From positions 118,280 through 182,279 of the IMG/VR virus record IMGVR_UViG_3300047160_018755: DNA of 64,000 bases. The stretch is one strand, 5' to 3'. Below the pieces are notes generated by a model. The model saw only the letters and a program-made list of their open reading frames with translations. It searched no databases and had not been told where the DNA came from. This stretch comes from a virus. The translations under genes were made by a program, and so were the position numbers. Of this stretch, positions 34,593-44,327 are shown piece by piece. Each line of letters opens with the position of its first letter. The first letter of the stretch is position 1.

Positions 34593-34617
34593 AGAGCGGT
34601 GCGTCACGGCCGGTGGA

Positions 34618-34629
34618 GATTCGATAGAG
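34618..34629 (+). promoter_or_regulatory. GATTCGATAGAG motif
   Basis: Divergent partner, upstream of the replication operon. Confidence 0.65.
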
Positions 34630-34641
34630 AATTGCGTGAAC

Positions 34642-34656
34642 TTGCGAAATTCGCAA
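34642..34656. repeat. palindrome TTGCGAA-A-TTCGCAA, repeated inverted at 35066-35078
   Basis: TGCGAAATTCGCA and its reverse complement TGCGAATTTCGCA. Confidence 0.6.
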
Positions 34657-34673
34657 AAAGGAGCACCGCGTCG

Positions 34674-35495
34674 ATGATTTCCTTCGTAAAGCTGTTCGGT
34701 TCGATCCTGGACTCCAGCGTCTGGCAACAGCCTGCCACCACAAAAGTTGTTTGGATTACACTACTTGCGATGTCAGACAAGGGTGGTGACGTTACAGCAT
34801 CCATCCCCGGATTGGCCGCAAGAGCCGGTGTTACCTTGGAGGAGTGCCAAAAAGCCTTGGAGTATCTCCAAACACCCGACCCGTTCTCCAGAACGAAGGA
34901 GGATGAAGGTCGCCGGATCAAGGAGATCACTGGTGGGTGGCTTATCATCAACCATCCCAAGTACAGAGAATTGGTCAGCAAAGAGATCAAGAGGGAGAAT
35001 GACAACGCGCGTTATCACGAGAAAAAAGGGTATGGTGCACAGCTAATTTCGGCTCCTCACAAAAGTGCGAATTTCGCAAATTCAGCCGAACTCGCACATA
35101 ACGTTAACGTAGACGACAACGAAAGTTCTTCTGGGGTAGAGGAGGTGCAGGAGGAGGAGGGGGTCGATCTCGACCTCCAGTCCCTCTTCGACGAGTGGTA
35201 CGATCGTGGGGGTCCTACCAAGAAAGACGGTACCCCGTTCCGTGAGAACTTCGGGAACTTCCAAAAGGCCTTTCGTAGGAAGGGTTGCAAGTTGGTCGAC
35301 TTTGCAGAAAAGGTCCACCTCCGTCTGAAACGATTCGACGTCGATGACCGTGAAGATCGCAGCTTCAAGCTCGGCATGCTCCTGACCTTCCTGAACGGAC
35401 CTTGGCGTGACGAGAAGGGTCCTCCGAAGAAAGTCGCACCCCTCGCTAAGAAAGTGGCTGACCCCGCCCAAGAACGAAACCTCCCTGCCGACTGA
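34674..35495 (+). CDS. phage replication initiator / replisome organiser
   Basis: FVKLFGSILDSSVW..KVVWITLLAM..LAARAGV..SRTKEDEGRRI..GGWLIINHPKYR; directly upstream of dnaB. Confidence 0.7.
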   Translation: MISFVKLFGSILDSSVWQQPATTKVVWITLLAMSDKGGDVTASIPGLAARAGVTLEECQKALEYLQTPDPFSRTKEDEGRRIKEITGGWLIINHPKYRELVSKEIKRENDNARYHEKKGYGAQLISAPHKSANFANSAELAHNVNVDDNESSSGVEEVQEEEGVDLDLQSLFDEWYDRGGPTKKDGTPFRENFGNFQKAFRRKGCKLVDFAEKVHLRLKRFDVDDREDRSFKLGMLLTFLNGPWRDEKGPPKKVAPLAKKVADPAQERNLPAD

Positions 35496-35506
35496 AAGGA
35501 TTTTCC

Positions 35507-37051
35507 ATGTCCACCGAAACTGATTTCACCCAGACCCAGCAACGTGCCGTCCTTGGCCATGCGGTCATCGACTCTGTCGTCCTCTCGGCTGTTCAGCAGC
35601 TGAAGGTCATCTTCGACGAGAACCTCACCGCCTCGCTCTTCAAGCGACTCTGCGAGTTCGTCGAGCAGAACCACACCCAGCCCTCGGTCGCCGAGCTGCG
35701 GAACCACTGCATGCAGTTCATGGAGGTGAATGACGGCAACGCCATCTCCAAGCGTCTCGACGAGTGTCTCAAGGCGGCGAACGACATCCGCATCGAGACG
35801 CTCCTGCCGTTCCTCCTGCTCTGGGGCGAGCGTCAGGTGTTCAAGAACCAGCTCGAAAAGGCTGCCGACGTGTTCAACACGTCGATGGACCTGTACAACA
35901 AGAACGGCGGCGTGGCTGGCAAGAAAGAGCACGAGGAGTCCAAGGCTCTCGTCCTCGATCTCGCTTCGGAGCTTCAGCGCGTCGGTCTCGCTGTGACCGG
36001 CGCTCGCTTCGATGCGATGTCTCAGCGTTCGAGGGGCGAAGACAAGGAACGCCTCGGTCGGTACAGCCGATTGATTCCGACCGGCTTGAAGTACCTCGAC
36101 GACGCCACGGGCGGTGGTATCGGCCCGAAAGATCTCTGGGTCATCTCCGCGCAGACCGGCTACGGCAAGACGCAGACCGCGACGGCCATCGCACAGTCAG
36201 CGGGCATGTCTGGCAAGAAGGTCACCTTCTTCGCACTCGAAGCCGAAAACCTGGAGCTGGAGCGTCGGATCAAGTTCACGATCCTGCTCCAGCTTTTCAA
36301 CAAAGCCTACCCGGGCAACAGCGAATTTCTCGACGGTGTCGCATGGGCGAAAGGTGAGCCCAAGGTCAACGCGAAGTTGAAGCCGTTCGAAAAGATGGCT
36401 GCCGAAATCATGGAGCAGAGGCTCAAGAACGTGTTCACGTTCTACCGCGGCTACGGCAAGTACACCGACAAGGACTTGGAGCGCGATATCTTCACGCAAG
36501 CTCGTGACTCCGACTTGGTCATCATCGACCACCTCGGGTATATCGACCTCGACGGCAACGACCAGAACAAGGCGGTCACCGAGTTGATGCACAAGCTGGC
36601 GGACCTCGCTATGACTGGTGACGGCTGCCCCATCGTCGCCGCGGCACAGACGCGCAAGGGCGACGGCAAGCAGAACCGAAAGTTCGCGCCGCTCATCCCG
36701 CTGATGGAGGACATCTCGGGCAGCAAGGCGATCGTGACCGTCGCGACCAACGTGGTCATGATTGCTCGCGTGAACGAGAAGGTGGGGTTCTACAACGGCA
36801 AGTCCACAGAAGGCTCCCTGGTTGAGCCGAAGTCGTGGGTCAAGAATCCCACTCTCATCCAGCTCCAGAAGTGCCGCGCTGGAGATCGCATCCGCTACGC
36901 CGCTCTCTGCTCGTACAGCCCCTCCCTGGGAACGTACGAAGACCCGTACAGCATCGGGCGCATGCGAAGCGGGGACACGGAGTGGGAGCCGTCCCAAGCT
37001 CCTGAGTGGGCCACTCACGCCACGCTTCAGGTCAACCCCATCGAGAAATAG
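35507..37051 (+). CDS. dnaB: DnaB-like replicative helicase
   Basis: TGLKYLDD..GG, AQTGYGKT, LEAE, IIDHLG, AAAQ, SGS, KCRAG. Confidence 0.85.
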   Translation: MSTETDFTQTQQRAVLGHAVIDSVVLSAVQQLKVIFDENLTASLFKRLCEFVEQNHTQPSVAELRNHCMQFMEVNDGNAISKRLDECLKAANDIRIETLLPFLLLWGERQVFKNQLEKAADVFNTSMDLYNKNGGVAGKKEHEESKALVLDLASELQRVGLAVTGARFDAMSQRSRGEDKERLGRYSRLIPTGLKYLDDATGGGIGPKDLWVISAQTGYGKTQTATAIAQSAGMSGKKVTFFALEAENLELERRIKFTILLQLFNKAYPGNSEFLDGVAWAKGEPKVNAKLKPFEKMAAEIMEQRLKNVFTFYRGYGKYTDKDLERDIFTQARDSDLVIIDHLGYIDLDGNDQNKAVTELMHKLADLAMTGDGCPIVAAAQTRKGDGKQNRKFAPLIPLMEDISGSKAIVTVATNVVMIARVNEKVGFYNGKSTEGSLVEPKSWVKNPTLIQLQKCRAGDRIRYAALCSYSPSLGTYEDPYSIGRMRSGDTEWEPSQAPEWATHATLQVNPIEK

Positions 37052-37062
37052 ATTCGATAGAA
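37051..37062 (+). promoter_or_regulatory. GATTCGATAGAA motif
   Basis: Exact copy; TAGAAG lies 7 nt before groEL ATG. Confidence 0.7.
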
Positions 37063-37070
37063 GCTAGGAG

Positions 37071-38846
37071 ATGGATTACGCCAAGGTCAAGTCCGTAGGC
37101 AAGCAGGTCGAGGTTTCGGGAGCCAAGCTCGACAAGATCGTCCTCGAAACCATGAAAACCATCGCCGATATCGTCGGCGGGACGCTAGGGCCGGGTGGAA
37201 AGCCTGCGCTTCTGGAGCGTTACGAGCACGGTCTGCCGCCGATCTTGACCAAAGACGGCGTCACCGTGTACCAGGCGCTCGGATTCGACAACTCGATCGC
37301 CCACTGCGTGATGGAGGTGGCCCGAGACGCCTCCGTTCGCACGGCCAACGAAGCCGGCGACGGCACGACGACGGCCTCGATCTTGTCCGAGGCCATCGTC
37401 CGGCTGACCAAGGAGTACTGCAAAGACAACCCGCGCGTTTCTCCGCAGCGGGTGGTCCGCACGCTCCAGAAGACCTTCCGGGACTTCATCGAGCCGACCG
37501 TTCAGGGGCTGTCCAGGTCGCTGAACTTGGAGTCAGACCAAGATCTTCTCCACGCCATTGCCAAGGTGTCGGCCAACGGCGACACCGACCTGGCCGACGC
37601 GGTCATGGAGTGCTTCGAGGTGACGGGCGACCAGGGCAACGTCACGATCGTCGAAGAGGGCGGTCCCGACGGCTACGAGGTCCAGCACATCCAGGGCTAC
37701 CCCATCGCGATGGGATACGAGGAGTCGTGCAAGAAGTTCTACCCGAAGTTCATCAACGACCCCGGCACCCAGCGCACCCTCCTGGACAAGCCCGCGTTCC
37801 TGCTCTACCACGGCCGCGTGAACGAGATTCGCGACCTGGTCCCGATCATCGAGCAGGTGCTGTCGGCGTACCAGCAGCCGGCCCAGTTCGGGCTCGACAA
37901 GCCTTTCACGCCCCACCTCGTGGTGGTCGCCACCGGTTTCTCGGAGGGTGTGCTCGCGACGTGCGCGACCAACTTCGACGACCCGCGCTCGCCGAACATC
38001 TTCCCGCTCCTGGTGCCGAACAACTCGCCGCAGTCGAATGCGCAGTTCGAGTTCCTCCGCGACCTCGCCGGCATCACGGGCGCGACGCTCTGTGACCCGA
38101 TCTCGAAGCCACTGCCCACCGTACGCCTCGAAGATCTCGGCGTCGGCTGCGACATGTTCGAGGTCACGCGCTCGCGCAGCAACGTCGTGGGCTTCGCCGA
38201 TGAGGGCCTGCTCCAGATGCGTCTCGAAGAGGTCCAGCAACAGCTCCAGAACCCGGACTCCGAGCTGGACGCGAAGCTGCTCCAGGAGCGCATCGCCAAG
38301 CTCTCCGGCGGCATCGCGCGGCTCAAGGTCGTCGGCTCGTCGAACGCCGACCTGAAGGAGCGCCGCGACCGTGCCGAGGACGCCGTGTGCGCTGTCCGCG
38401 GCGCCGTGAAGTACGGCTGCCTCCCTGGTGGCGCGTGGACCCTGCTCAAGCTCTGCTCGTTGCTCCCCACCGATCCCATCAACGGGATTCTGCGGGAGGC
38501 GTTCCAGACCCCGTTCCGTCGCCTGGTCGAAAACTCGGGCTTCCTGACGGACGAGGAGGGGTTCGCCATCGAGATGCCCATCCAGCAGGGTATCGCGCAG
38601 GGCAAGTCGATCGTGTACGACTTCCTGGAGTCGAAGCACGTCGACGCCTTCGAGGGCGGCATCCTCGACAGCACCCCCGCGGTGCTCGAAGCAATTCGCA
38701 ACGCCATTTCCAGCGCGTCCCAGATCGGAACGCTTGGAGGGTGCGTTGTATTTCATAGAGACCCAATCTTCGAAAGGAATGAGGCTCGCGCTGCATCTCA
38801 GTGGCAGCGGGAGTCGAGTTACAATCCAGCCGACGAACGACCCTGA
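37071..38846 (+). CDS. groEL: chaperonin GroEL
   Basis: TLGPGG, TKDGVTV, AGDGTTT, ERIAKLSGG, EDAVCA, PGG; no GGM tail. Confidence 0.92.
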   Translation: MDYAKVKSVGKQVEVSGAKLDKIVLETMKTIADIVGGTLGPGGKPALLERYEHGLPPILTKDGVTVYQALGFDNSIAHCVMEVARDASVRTANEAGDGTTTASILSEAIVRLTKEYCKDNPRVSPQRVVRTLQKTFRDFIEPTVQGLSRSLNLESDQDLLHAIAKVSANGDTDLADAVMECFEVTGDQGNVTIVEEGGPDGYEVQHIQGYPIAMGYEESCKKFYPKFINDPGTQRTLLDKPAFLLYHGRVNEIRDLVPIIEQVLSAYQQPAQFGLDKPFTPHLVVVATGFSEGVLATCATNFDDPRSPNIFPLLVPNNSPQSNAQFEFLRDLAGITGATLCDPISKPLPTVRLEDLGVGCDMFEVTRSRSNVVGFADEGLLQMRLEEVQQQLQNPDSELDAKLLQERIAKLSGGIARLKVVGSSNADLKERRDRAEDAVCAVRGAVKYGCLPGGAWTLLKLCSLLPTDPINGILREAFQTPFRRLVENSGFLTDEEGFAIEMPIQQGIAQGKSIVYDFLESKHVDAFEGGILDSTPAVLEAIRNAISSASQIGTLGGCVVFHRDPIFERNEARAASQWQRESSYNPADERP

Positions 38847-39262
38847 TGCCATTCGATCCAGAAAAGAAGAAAGCGTATGACGCTAAGTACCGCGCCTCTC
38901 ACAAAGAGGAAATGAAACGGTACCTGAAGGATTACTACAAAAAGAATCCAGAGGTTCTAAAGAAAAAGGAACGAAATCGAATTCAGAAACTTCGTCATGA
39001 AGTGATCGAAGCTTACGGGGCTGCCTGTGTCTGTTGTGGTGAGACCAAGTTCGTGTTTTTGACAATCGATCACATCATGAACGATGGAGCTGAACATCGT
39101 AGGGAGTTGTTTGGAAACAGGGTTGGACGTGGTGGCGGTTTCTACCGATGGTTGAAGAAGGAAGGGTTTCCCAGAGATCGATTTCAACTGATGTGTTACA
39201 ACTGCAACTGTGGGCGAGCCAGGAATGGCGGTATCTGCCCTCACCAGGAAGGGTGTTCGTGA
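38846..39262 (+). CDS. HNH endonuclease (free-standing)
   Basis: CVCC..LTIDH..G..HR..FQLMCYNCN; TGATG overlap; AT-rich. Confidence 0.8.
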   Translation: MPFDPEKKKAYDAKYRASHKEEMKRYLKDYYKKNPEVLKKKERNRIQKLRHEVIEAYGAACVCCGETKFVFLTIDHIMNDGAEHRRELFGNRVGRGGGFYRWLKKEGFPRDRFQLMCYNCNCGRARNGGICPHQEGCS

Positions 39263-40194
39263 TGAATCTGAAAGAACTGGAGAAGATGGCGGACGACGTG
39301 AAAGCGGAGCTGAGCGACGACGCTCCGCCGAAGCCGGCACTGGTCAACGGCGAGCCGCTCTTGTACCGACGGCTCCCTGACGGGCGCCCCATCTACGTCG
39401 CCGCAGGCCGTGAAGGCGAGCCCCTGAGGGATTCCAATGGCGACTACGTCGTCATCGATCCGCAAACGGGGTTCCTGCGCCACAAGCTTCCGCGCACGGC
39501 TGCGCAGGGGCTTCCCCCGATGAAAGACATCGACCAGACCAACCTGGCCATCCAGCAACTCCAGCAGCGTGAGCCAGGGTTCCTCGCCTTCGCGCGGGCC
39601 CAGACGCCGGTCAAGGAGTTCAAGAAGACGCTCCAGCAAAAGGTGTGGCTGGCGTTCAACTGGCCTCTCGCCCTCGTGGCCTGGTTCAGCGCCAAGGCCT
39701 CGGCGGCCATCATCGCCGTGCGTCGCGTGGCCATGAAGCTCGCCAACCGCCTTCGTCCCGTGCCGGCCATGTTGCAGATCAAGCCTCTGCAAGGGGTCGA
39801 AAAGTACCTCAACGCTCGCGCGCTCCAGCTCATCCAGAACCCCATCAAGAGCACGATATACCAGACTCCCGACAGCAAACTCGCCTACGCGCAGTACGCT
39901 AACATGCGCGTGCCGCTGGAGCCGGACGGCAGCGTCAACGAGGAGTACATCCACCGCTGGGCGATGTTCCTCAACTCGATGGCCGACCGCGGGATCTGGA
40001 AACACGGCGTCCTCTCGGGCCCGTCGACTATCACGCTGGCCATGACGGACCTCCGGTGGGAGGTGGGTCTGTTCACGTTCCTCTTCTCGAACGAGAGCGA
40101 CTACAAGCGCCTCAACGAGCAGGTGGGCTTCCCGGTGTTCGGCCAGGAGGGCGACTTCGCGTTCAGCTCCGACTGGTCGCTCTTCCCCTGGTAG
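39262..40194 (+). CDS. hypothetical protein
   Basis: TGATG overlap; typical codon usage. Confidence 0.65.
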   Translation: MNLKELEKMADDVKAELSDDAPPKPALVNGEPLLYRRLPDGRPIYVAAGREGEPLRDSNGDYVVIDPQTGFLRHKLPRTAAQGLPPMKDIDQTNLAIQQLQQREPGFLAFARAQTPVKEFKKTLQQKVWLAFNWPLALVAWFSAKASAAIIAVRRVAMKLANRLRPVPAMLQIKPLQGVEKYLNARALQLIQNPIKSTIYQTPDSKLAYAQYANMRVPLEPDGSVNEEYIHRWAMFLNSMADRGIWKHGVLSGPSTITLAMTDLRWEVGLFTFLFSNESDYKRLNEQVGFPVFGQEGDFAFSSDWSLFPW

Positions 40195-40195
40195 C

Positions 40196-40741
40196 ATGAA
40201 AATCCGCATCGCCAAGAAGGTCTTCAAGGATCCGGACCGGTACTCGGCGCAGCAGCGCTTCCACGCTGCCCATCGCATGTACCGGGCCGCCAGAGCCTTC
40301 GTGGACGCGCATCTCGCCTTGATGGCGCTGATGTTGAAACCCCAGCGTTCGTTCCGCAACGACGATTCGCTAGATCTTAGGTACGAGCAGCTGACGCTGC
40401 TGTTCGAGTCGGGCAAGCTCAAGGTGCTGCCGGCTGGCGAGGTTCAAGTTCCGCAGGAAAACATCAACAAGCCCGTGTACCGCCGCGACGGTCAGGCTCA
40501 CAACTTCAACGCCACGCCCTTCCCGAACACGTTCTACACGGGCGGCGTCGACTCCGGCATCGACAAGGGCTGGTGGGAGATGGGCGAGCAGCGCTACGAG
40601 CGCACGTACAGCCGCAAGAAGTACCAGATCCGTACCGGCGGCAAGGATGCCGGCAAGAAGCCGAAGCGACTGAAGCGGAAGGACTTCGACATGAAGCCTC
40701 TCAAGCAGATCGTTCACACCTACCGGGGCGGCAATGCCTAG
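40196..40741 (+). CDS. hypothetical basic protein
   Basis: In operon. Confidence 0.6.
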   Translation: MKIRIAKKVFKDPDRYSAQQRFHAAHRMYRAARAFVDAHLALMALMLKPQRSFRNDDSLDLRYEQLTLLFESGKLKVLPAGEVQVPQENINKPVYRRDGQAHNFNATPFPNTFYTGGVDSGIDKGWWEMGEQRYERTYSRKKYQIRTGGKDAGKKPKRLKRKDFDMKPLKQIVHTYRGGNA

Positions 40742-41021
40742 CTACAACTTCGTCTGCAAGCTCCACAAGGCCCTCGTCAAGGTCACCAGGATCTCGAAGA
40801 AGCCGTGGGCTCAGCTCACCACCGACGAGAAAGAGCTGCTGGCCACGTGCCCCAACGAGGACAAGGGACTGGCGCGTGTCTCCCACACGATGGAGCGTGA
40901 CCCGAGCGGTCCCTCCGCGCTCGTGAAGGAGACGCTCGACAACGGCGCCATGACCACCAAGATCGAACGCCTCAAGGACGCCGAGCAGCTCTACAAAGAT
41001 CGAGCCAAGAAGAACGGATGA
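40734..41021 (+). CDS. FmdB-like zinc-ribbon protein
   Basis: MPSYNFVC..H ... CP. Confidence 0.55.
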   Translation: MPSYNFVCKLHKALVKVTRISKKPWAQLTTDEKELLATCPNEDKGLARVSHTMERDPSGPSALVKETLDNGAMTTKIERLKDAEQLYKDRAKKNG

Positions 41022-43132
41022 AACCGCCACGGATCATCTCCCTCGCTGGAACCGCCTTCGGTTCCTTCGCGTCACCGTTCCAGGTGAAGTTCCCGGAGTC
41101 GGGGCTTCTGCTGCTGCGTGGCGAGAACCTCGACACCAAGGGTTCGTCGGCGTCGGGCAAGAGCACCTTCCTGCACGCGTTCAACTTCCCCCTCGGGACC
41201 TGCCCCGTGCCGCTCACCGAGCTTCAGAGCTGGTACACGAAGGACACGCCGAAGGTCGTCGCCACGTACGACGTGGATGGGAAGATCGTGGAGATCTCGC
41301 GCGGCAAGCGCTTCGAGCTGAGCATCGACGGCGTGGCCCAGCACGGCTCCGCGGCCCAGAAGGAAGAGAAGATCAACGAGCTGTTTGGCACGGACGCGGA
41401 GATGCGTCTCGCGCTCACCTACCGTGCCCAGCGCAAGCCCGGCCTCTTCCTAAACAAGACCGACAAGAAGCAGAAGGAGTTCCTGACCAAGCTCCTGCGC
41501 CTCGACCGATGGGACGAGGAACAGAAGAAGGCGCTCCTGAAGGTTCACGAGCTGGAAGACAAACTGGACATCGAGACTGCTCGGTTCGGTGACCTCATCG
41601 CGCGTCTCGAAACTCTCACTGCCCAGGGCGACGGCCTCGAAGCCGAAGCGAGTCTCGACGCGGTCACCAAGCAGATCCAGGACCACGAGGCGGCCCAGCG
41701 CAAGTACGAGAAGGTCATCAAGGATTCGCAGAAGAGCGCGGAGGAGCTGTACGAGGCCACGTTGAGGTCCTTCGACGTGCAGATTGCCGAAGCCGACGGG
41801 CTCATCGAGTACCTGGAGGGCATCACCCTCACGGCGCCTCCTATGACACCCGAATGGGAGAAATTGAAGGCGATGCAGGTCGCCATTCAAACCAGACTCA
41901 CGCGCTTGGAGGCCGAGGACTTCGACCGGATGAAGGGGCTGCTCGCCGAGGCGGAGGCGCTGCGCGACCAGTGGCAAGCTCTCGCGCTCCAGGCCAAGGG
42001 CACGCACAAGCTCTTCGCCGATCGTGACCGCGTCGTCGCCGACATCAAGACGCTGCAAGAGAACAAGTGCCCCACGTGCATGCGCGAGTGGGAGGACGCT
42101 CTCGTACGCTTGGAGGACCTGAAGGTCGAGCTGGAGCAGATCAACGGCGAGGTGGCGGAGCTGAAGTTCGTCCAGGAAGAGGCGAACCGTCTCAAGGCCG
42201 AGTACGACCTGCTGCCCAAGACCATCGAGCCGAACCCCACGATCGCTCAGATGCGCACGGCGCTGGAGAAGTGCCGCGAGGACGCACAGGAGGAGGAGGC
42301 ACGGGTCACCGGAGTCGCGTACGCCAAGGTGCAGGAGCACGCCGATGCTCTCATGGAGGCGCGCAAGAAGAAGGACAGGCTCAAGAACGAATCGTACGCG
42401 CTGGCCGAGGCGAAGCACCGAGAGGTGCTGTCGGGCGTCCGTGGTGTGGAGCAACTCGCTCTCCAGGAGAAGGACGCCAAGGTCCGCAAGGAGCTGACGC
42501 GCCAGAAGCTCGCCGAGGAAGTAGGCGCCATCCGTGAGCGGCGACGGCAGATCGCCGACGTGCGCGAGAAGTCGGACGCCATCCGCGAGTCGATGGGACC
42601 GCTCCAGTTCGAGCTGGCGAAGGAGCGAGACTTCGCTCACCTCACCGGCCGCGAAGGTTTCCGCGGGAGCGTGTTCGACGAGGCCCTGGAAGCGATCAGC
42701 GCCGAGACGAACGCCATGCTGGCCTCCATCGCCAACACGCGCAACTGCACGCTGGAGTTCACCTCCGAGAACGTGACGCAGGAAGGGAAGGTCCGCCAGG
42801 AAATCACGCCCGTGATCACCATCAACGGCCACAAGACCAGCCTGGAGTACGGCCCCTCGGGCGGCATGCTCTCGGCCATCGAGCTGGCCGTCGACCTGGC
42901 GGTCGGCAAGATCATCTCCGAGCGCACGGGCGTCTGTCCCGGCTGGCTCATCCTGGACGAGAGCTTCGACGGCCTGGGTCCGCGGGAGAAGGAGACGTGC
43001 TTGGAGATCCTCCAACTTTACGCTCACGATCGGCTCGTCATCATCGTCGACCACATGAGCGAAACTCAAGGACTTTTCACGCATCGTGTCACGGTGCAGA
43101 ACCAGAACGGCGTCAGCACCCTCTTGACTTGA
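41018..43132 (+). CDS. sbcC: SbcC/Rad50-like ATPase
   Basis: GEN..SASGKST, coiled coil with CPTC hook, SGG signature, LILDESFDGL, IVDH. Confidence 0.88.
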   Translation: MKPPRIISLAGTAFGSFASPFQVKFPESGLLLLRGENLDTKGSSASGKSTFLHAFNFPLGTCPVPLTELQSWYTKDTPKVVATYDVDGKIVEISRGKRFELSIDGVAQHGSAAQKEEKINELFGTDAEMRLALTYRAQRKPGLFLNKTDKKQKEFLTKLLRLDRWDEEQKKALLKVHELEDKLDIETARFGDLIARLETLTAQGDGLEAEASLDAVTKQIQDHEAAQRKYEKVIKDSQKSAEELYEATLRSFDVQIAEADGLIEYLEGITLTAPPMTPEWEKLKAMQVAIQTRLTRLEAEDFDRMKGLLAEAEALRDQWQALALQAKGTHKLFADRDRVVADIKTLQENKCPTCMREWEDALVRLEDLKVELEQINGEVAELKFVQEEANRLKAEYDLLPKTIEPNPTIAQMRTALEKCREDAQEEEARVTGVAYAKVQEHADALMEARKKKDRLKNESYALAEAKHREVLSGVRGVEQLALQEKDAKVRKELTRQKLAEEVGAIRERRRQIADVREKSDAIRESMGPLQFELAKERDFAHLTGREGFRGSVFDEALEAISAETNAMLASIANTRNCTLEFTSENVTQEGKVRQEITPVITINGHKTSLEYGPSGGMLSAIELAVDLAVGKIISERTGVCPGWLILDESFDGLGPREKETCLEILQLYAHDRLVIIVDHMSETQGLFTHRVTVQNQNGVSTLLT

Positions 43133-43152
43133 TCCCTGGACGGAGGTAATCT
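43124..43152 (+). promoter_or_regulatory. sigma70-type promoter TTGACT-N17-TAATCT, leaderless
   Basis: ATG 43159 lies 6 nt downstream. Confidence 0.6.
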
Positions 43153-43158
43153 CTGGTC

Positions 43159-43422
43159 ATGACCGTACTCTATCCGGAAATGATTTCCCTCTTCGACGTG
43201 GTCGACGTTCGCTCCGCTGCGATCAAGGAGTTCAACAACATGCCCGCGCGCTGTCGGATGCACGGGATGAACTCCGACCTCACGGACGAAGAGAAGCGAG
43301 TCCTTGCCTTCATGGAGGCCACCGTCTCCCTGATCAACCGGAAGCTCGCCCAGGGCGTCAAGCTCGAAGACCTTCGCTTCGAGGTGTGGACTCACACGCA
43401 AGAGGTTGTCGAGGGCATGTGA
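43159..43422 (+). CDS. hypothetical protein
   Basis: Promoter-supported ORF. Confidence 0.6.
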   Translation: MTVLYPEMISLFDVVDVRSAAIKEFNNMPARCRMHGMNSDLTDEEKRVLAFMEATVSLINRKLAQGVKLEDLRFEVWTHTQEVVEGM

Positions 43423-43432
43423 TTCGATAGAA
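43421..43432 (+). promoter_or_regulatory. GATTCGATAGAA motif
   Basis: Exact copy overlapping a stop codon. Confidence 0.7.
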
Positions 43433-43452
43433 ATGACGCGGAGGAAAACCGC

Positions 43453-43734
43453 GTGGACGAGAACATCGAACCGAATCTGACTGCGATCTTCGACCAGGAA
43501 CTGGCAGCGCCCGAGGCGTTCGTTCCCGAAGATCTTCCGACCGAGTGGGACGTCGGACAGCACCGCTACTTCCGCGTGGCCGACGAACATCCCGAGTTCG
43601 ATGACGAGAACCGGCTCACGAAGGAAAGCTCGCTGAGCAAGAAGCTCGATGAGTTTCGCGAGGATGGAATCGTCGTGCTCGACTACGGTCGTCGCTGGGG
43701 GTCGTGGATCATCAAGACGATGGCGCCGCAGTAA
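43453..43734 (+). CDS. acidic hypothetical protein
   Basis: GGAGG RBS, GTG start. Confidence 0.6.
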   Translation: MDENIEPNLTAIFDQELAAPEAFVPEDLPTEWDVGQHRYFRVADEHPEFDDENRLTKESSLSKKLDEFREDGIVVLDYGRRWGSWIIKTMAPQ

Positions 43735-43751
43735 TCTTTCGATGAACCGCG

Positions 43752-44327
43752 ATGCGCGTTCTTGCTCTCGACGCGTCCACCAAGACTGGGTGGGCTCTAT
43801 TCGATGACGGCCGACTTCTTCAGTCGGGTGCGCTGAAGCCCGTCAAGATCCGGAACTTCAACGTCAACGACAAGAACGCCCAGAAGTCCGACGACTACCC
43901 GTACAACATCGTGGACGCAGCCGCCGAAGAGGTGTCTCTGATCCACGACCTCATCCAGCAGAAGTGGCCGCTGGACATCGTCGTCGTCGAGAACACGAAC
44001 AAGGGCAAGAACCGGCACACGCAGCGCGTCTTGGAGTTCATCCACCACGAGATGCTGCTTGACTTCCGAGACTACTCCCTCGTCAAGATGAAGTACATGG
44101 ACACGAGCGAGTGGCGCTCGATCGTCGGTCTCTGGATGTCGAAGGACGACCTCAAGAACAACAAGGAGGTGCGCGCCGGCAAGAAGCGAGGTAAGATCTC
44201 CAAGAAACACCTCGCTGTTCGGATGGTGAACGACAGATTTGGGAAAGCCCTAAAGCTCAAGGATAATGATGAGGCTGACGCTATCTTGATGGGCCTCGCG
44301 TACGTAAAAAGTCATGCTGCCGGCTAA
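43752..44327 (+). CDS. ruvC: RuvC-like Holliday junction resolvase
   Basis: LALDASTKTGWA, VVVE, EWR, DNDEADAI. Confidence 0.75.
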   Translation: MRVLALDASTKTGWALFDDGRLLQSGALKPVKIRNFNVNDKNAQKSDDYPYNIVDAAAEEVSLIHDLIQQKWPLDIVVVENTNKGKNRHTQRVLEFIHHEMLLDFRDYSLVKMKYMDTSEWRSIVGLWMSKDDLKNNKEVRAGKKRGKISKKHLAVRMVNDRFGKALKLKDNDEADAILMGLAYVKSHAAG

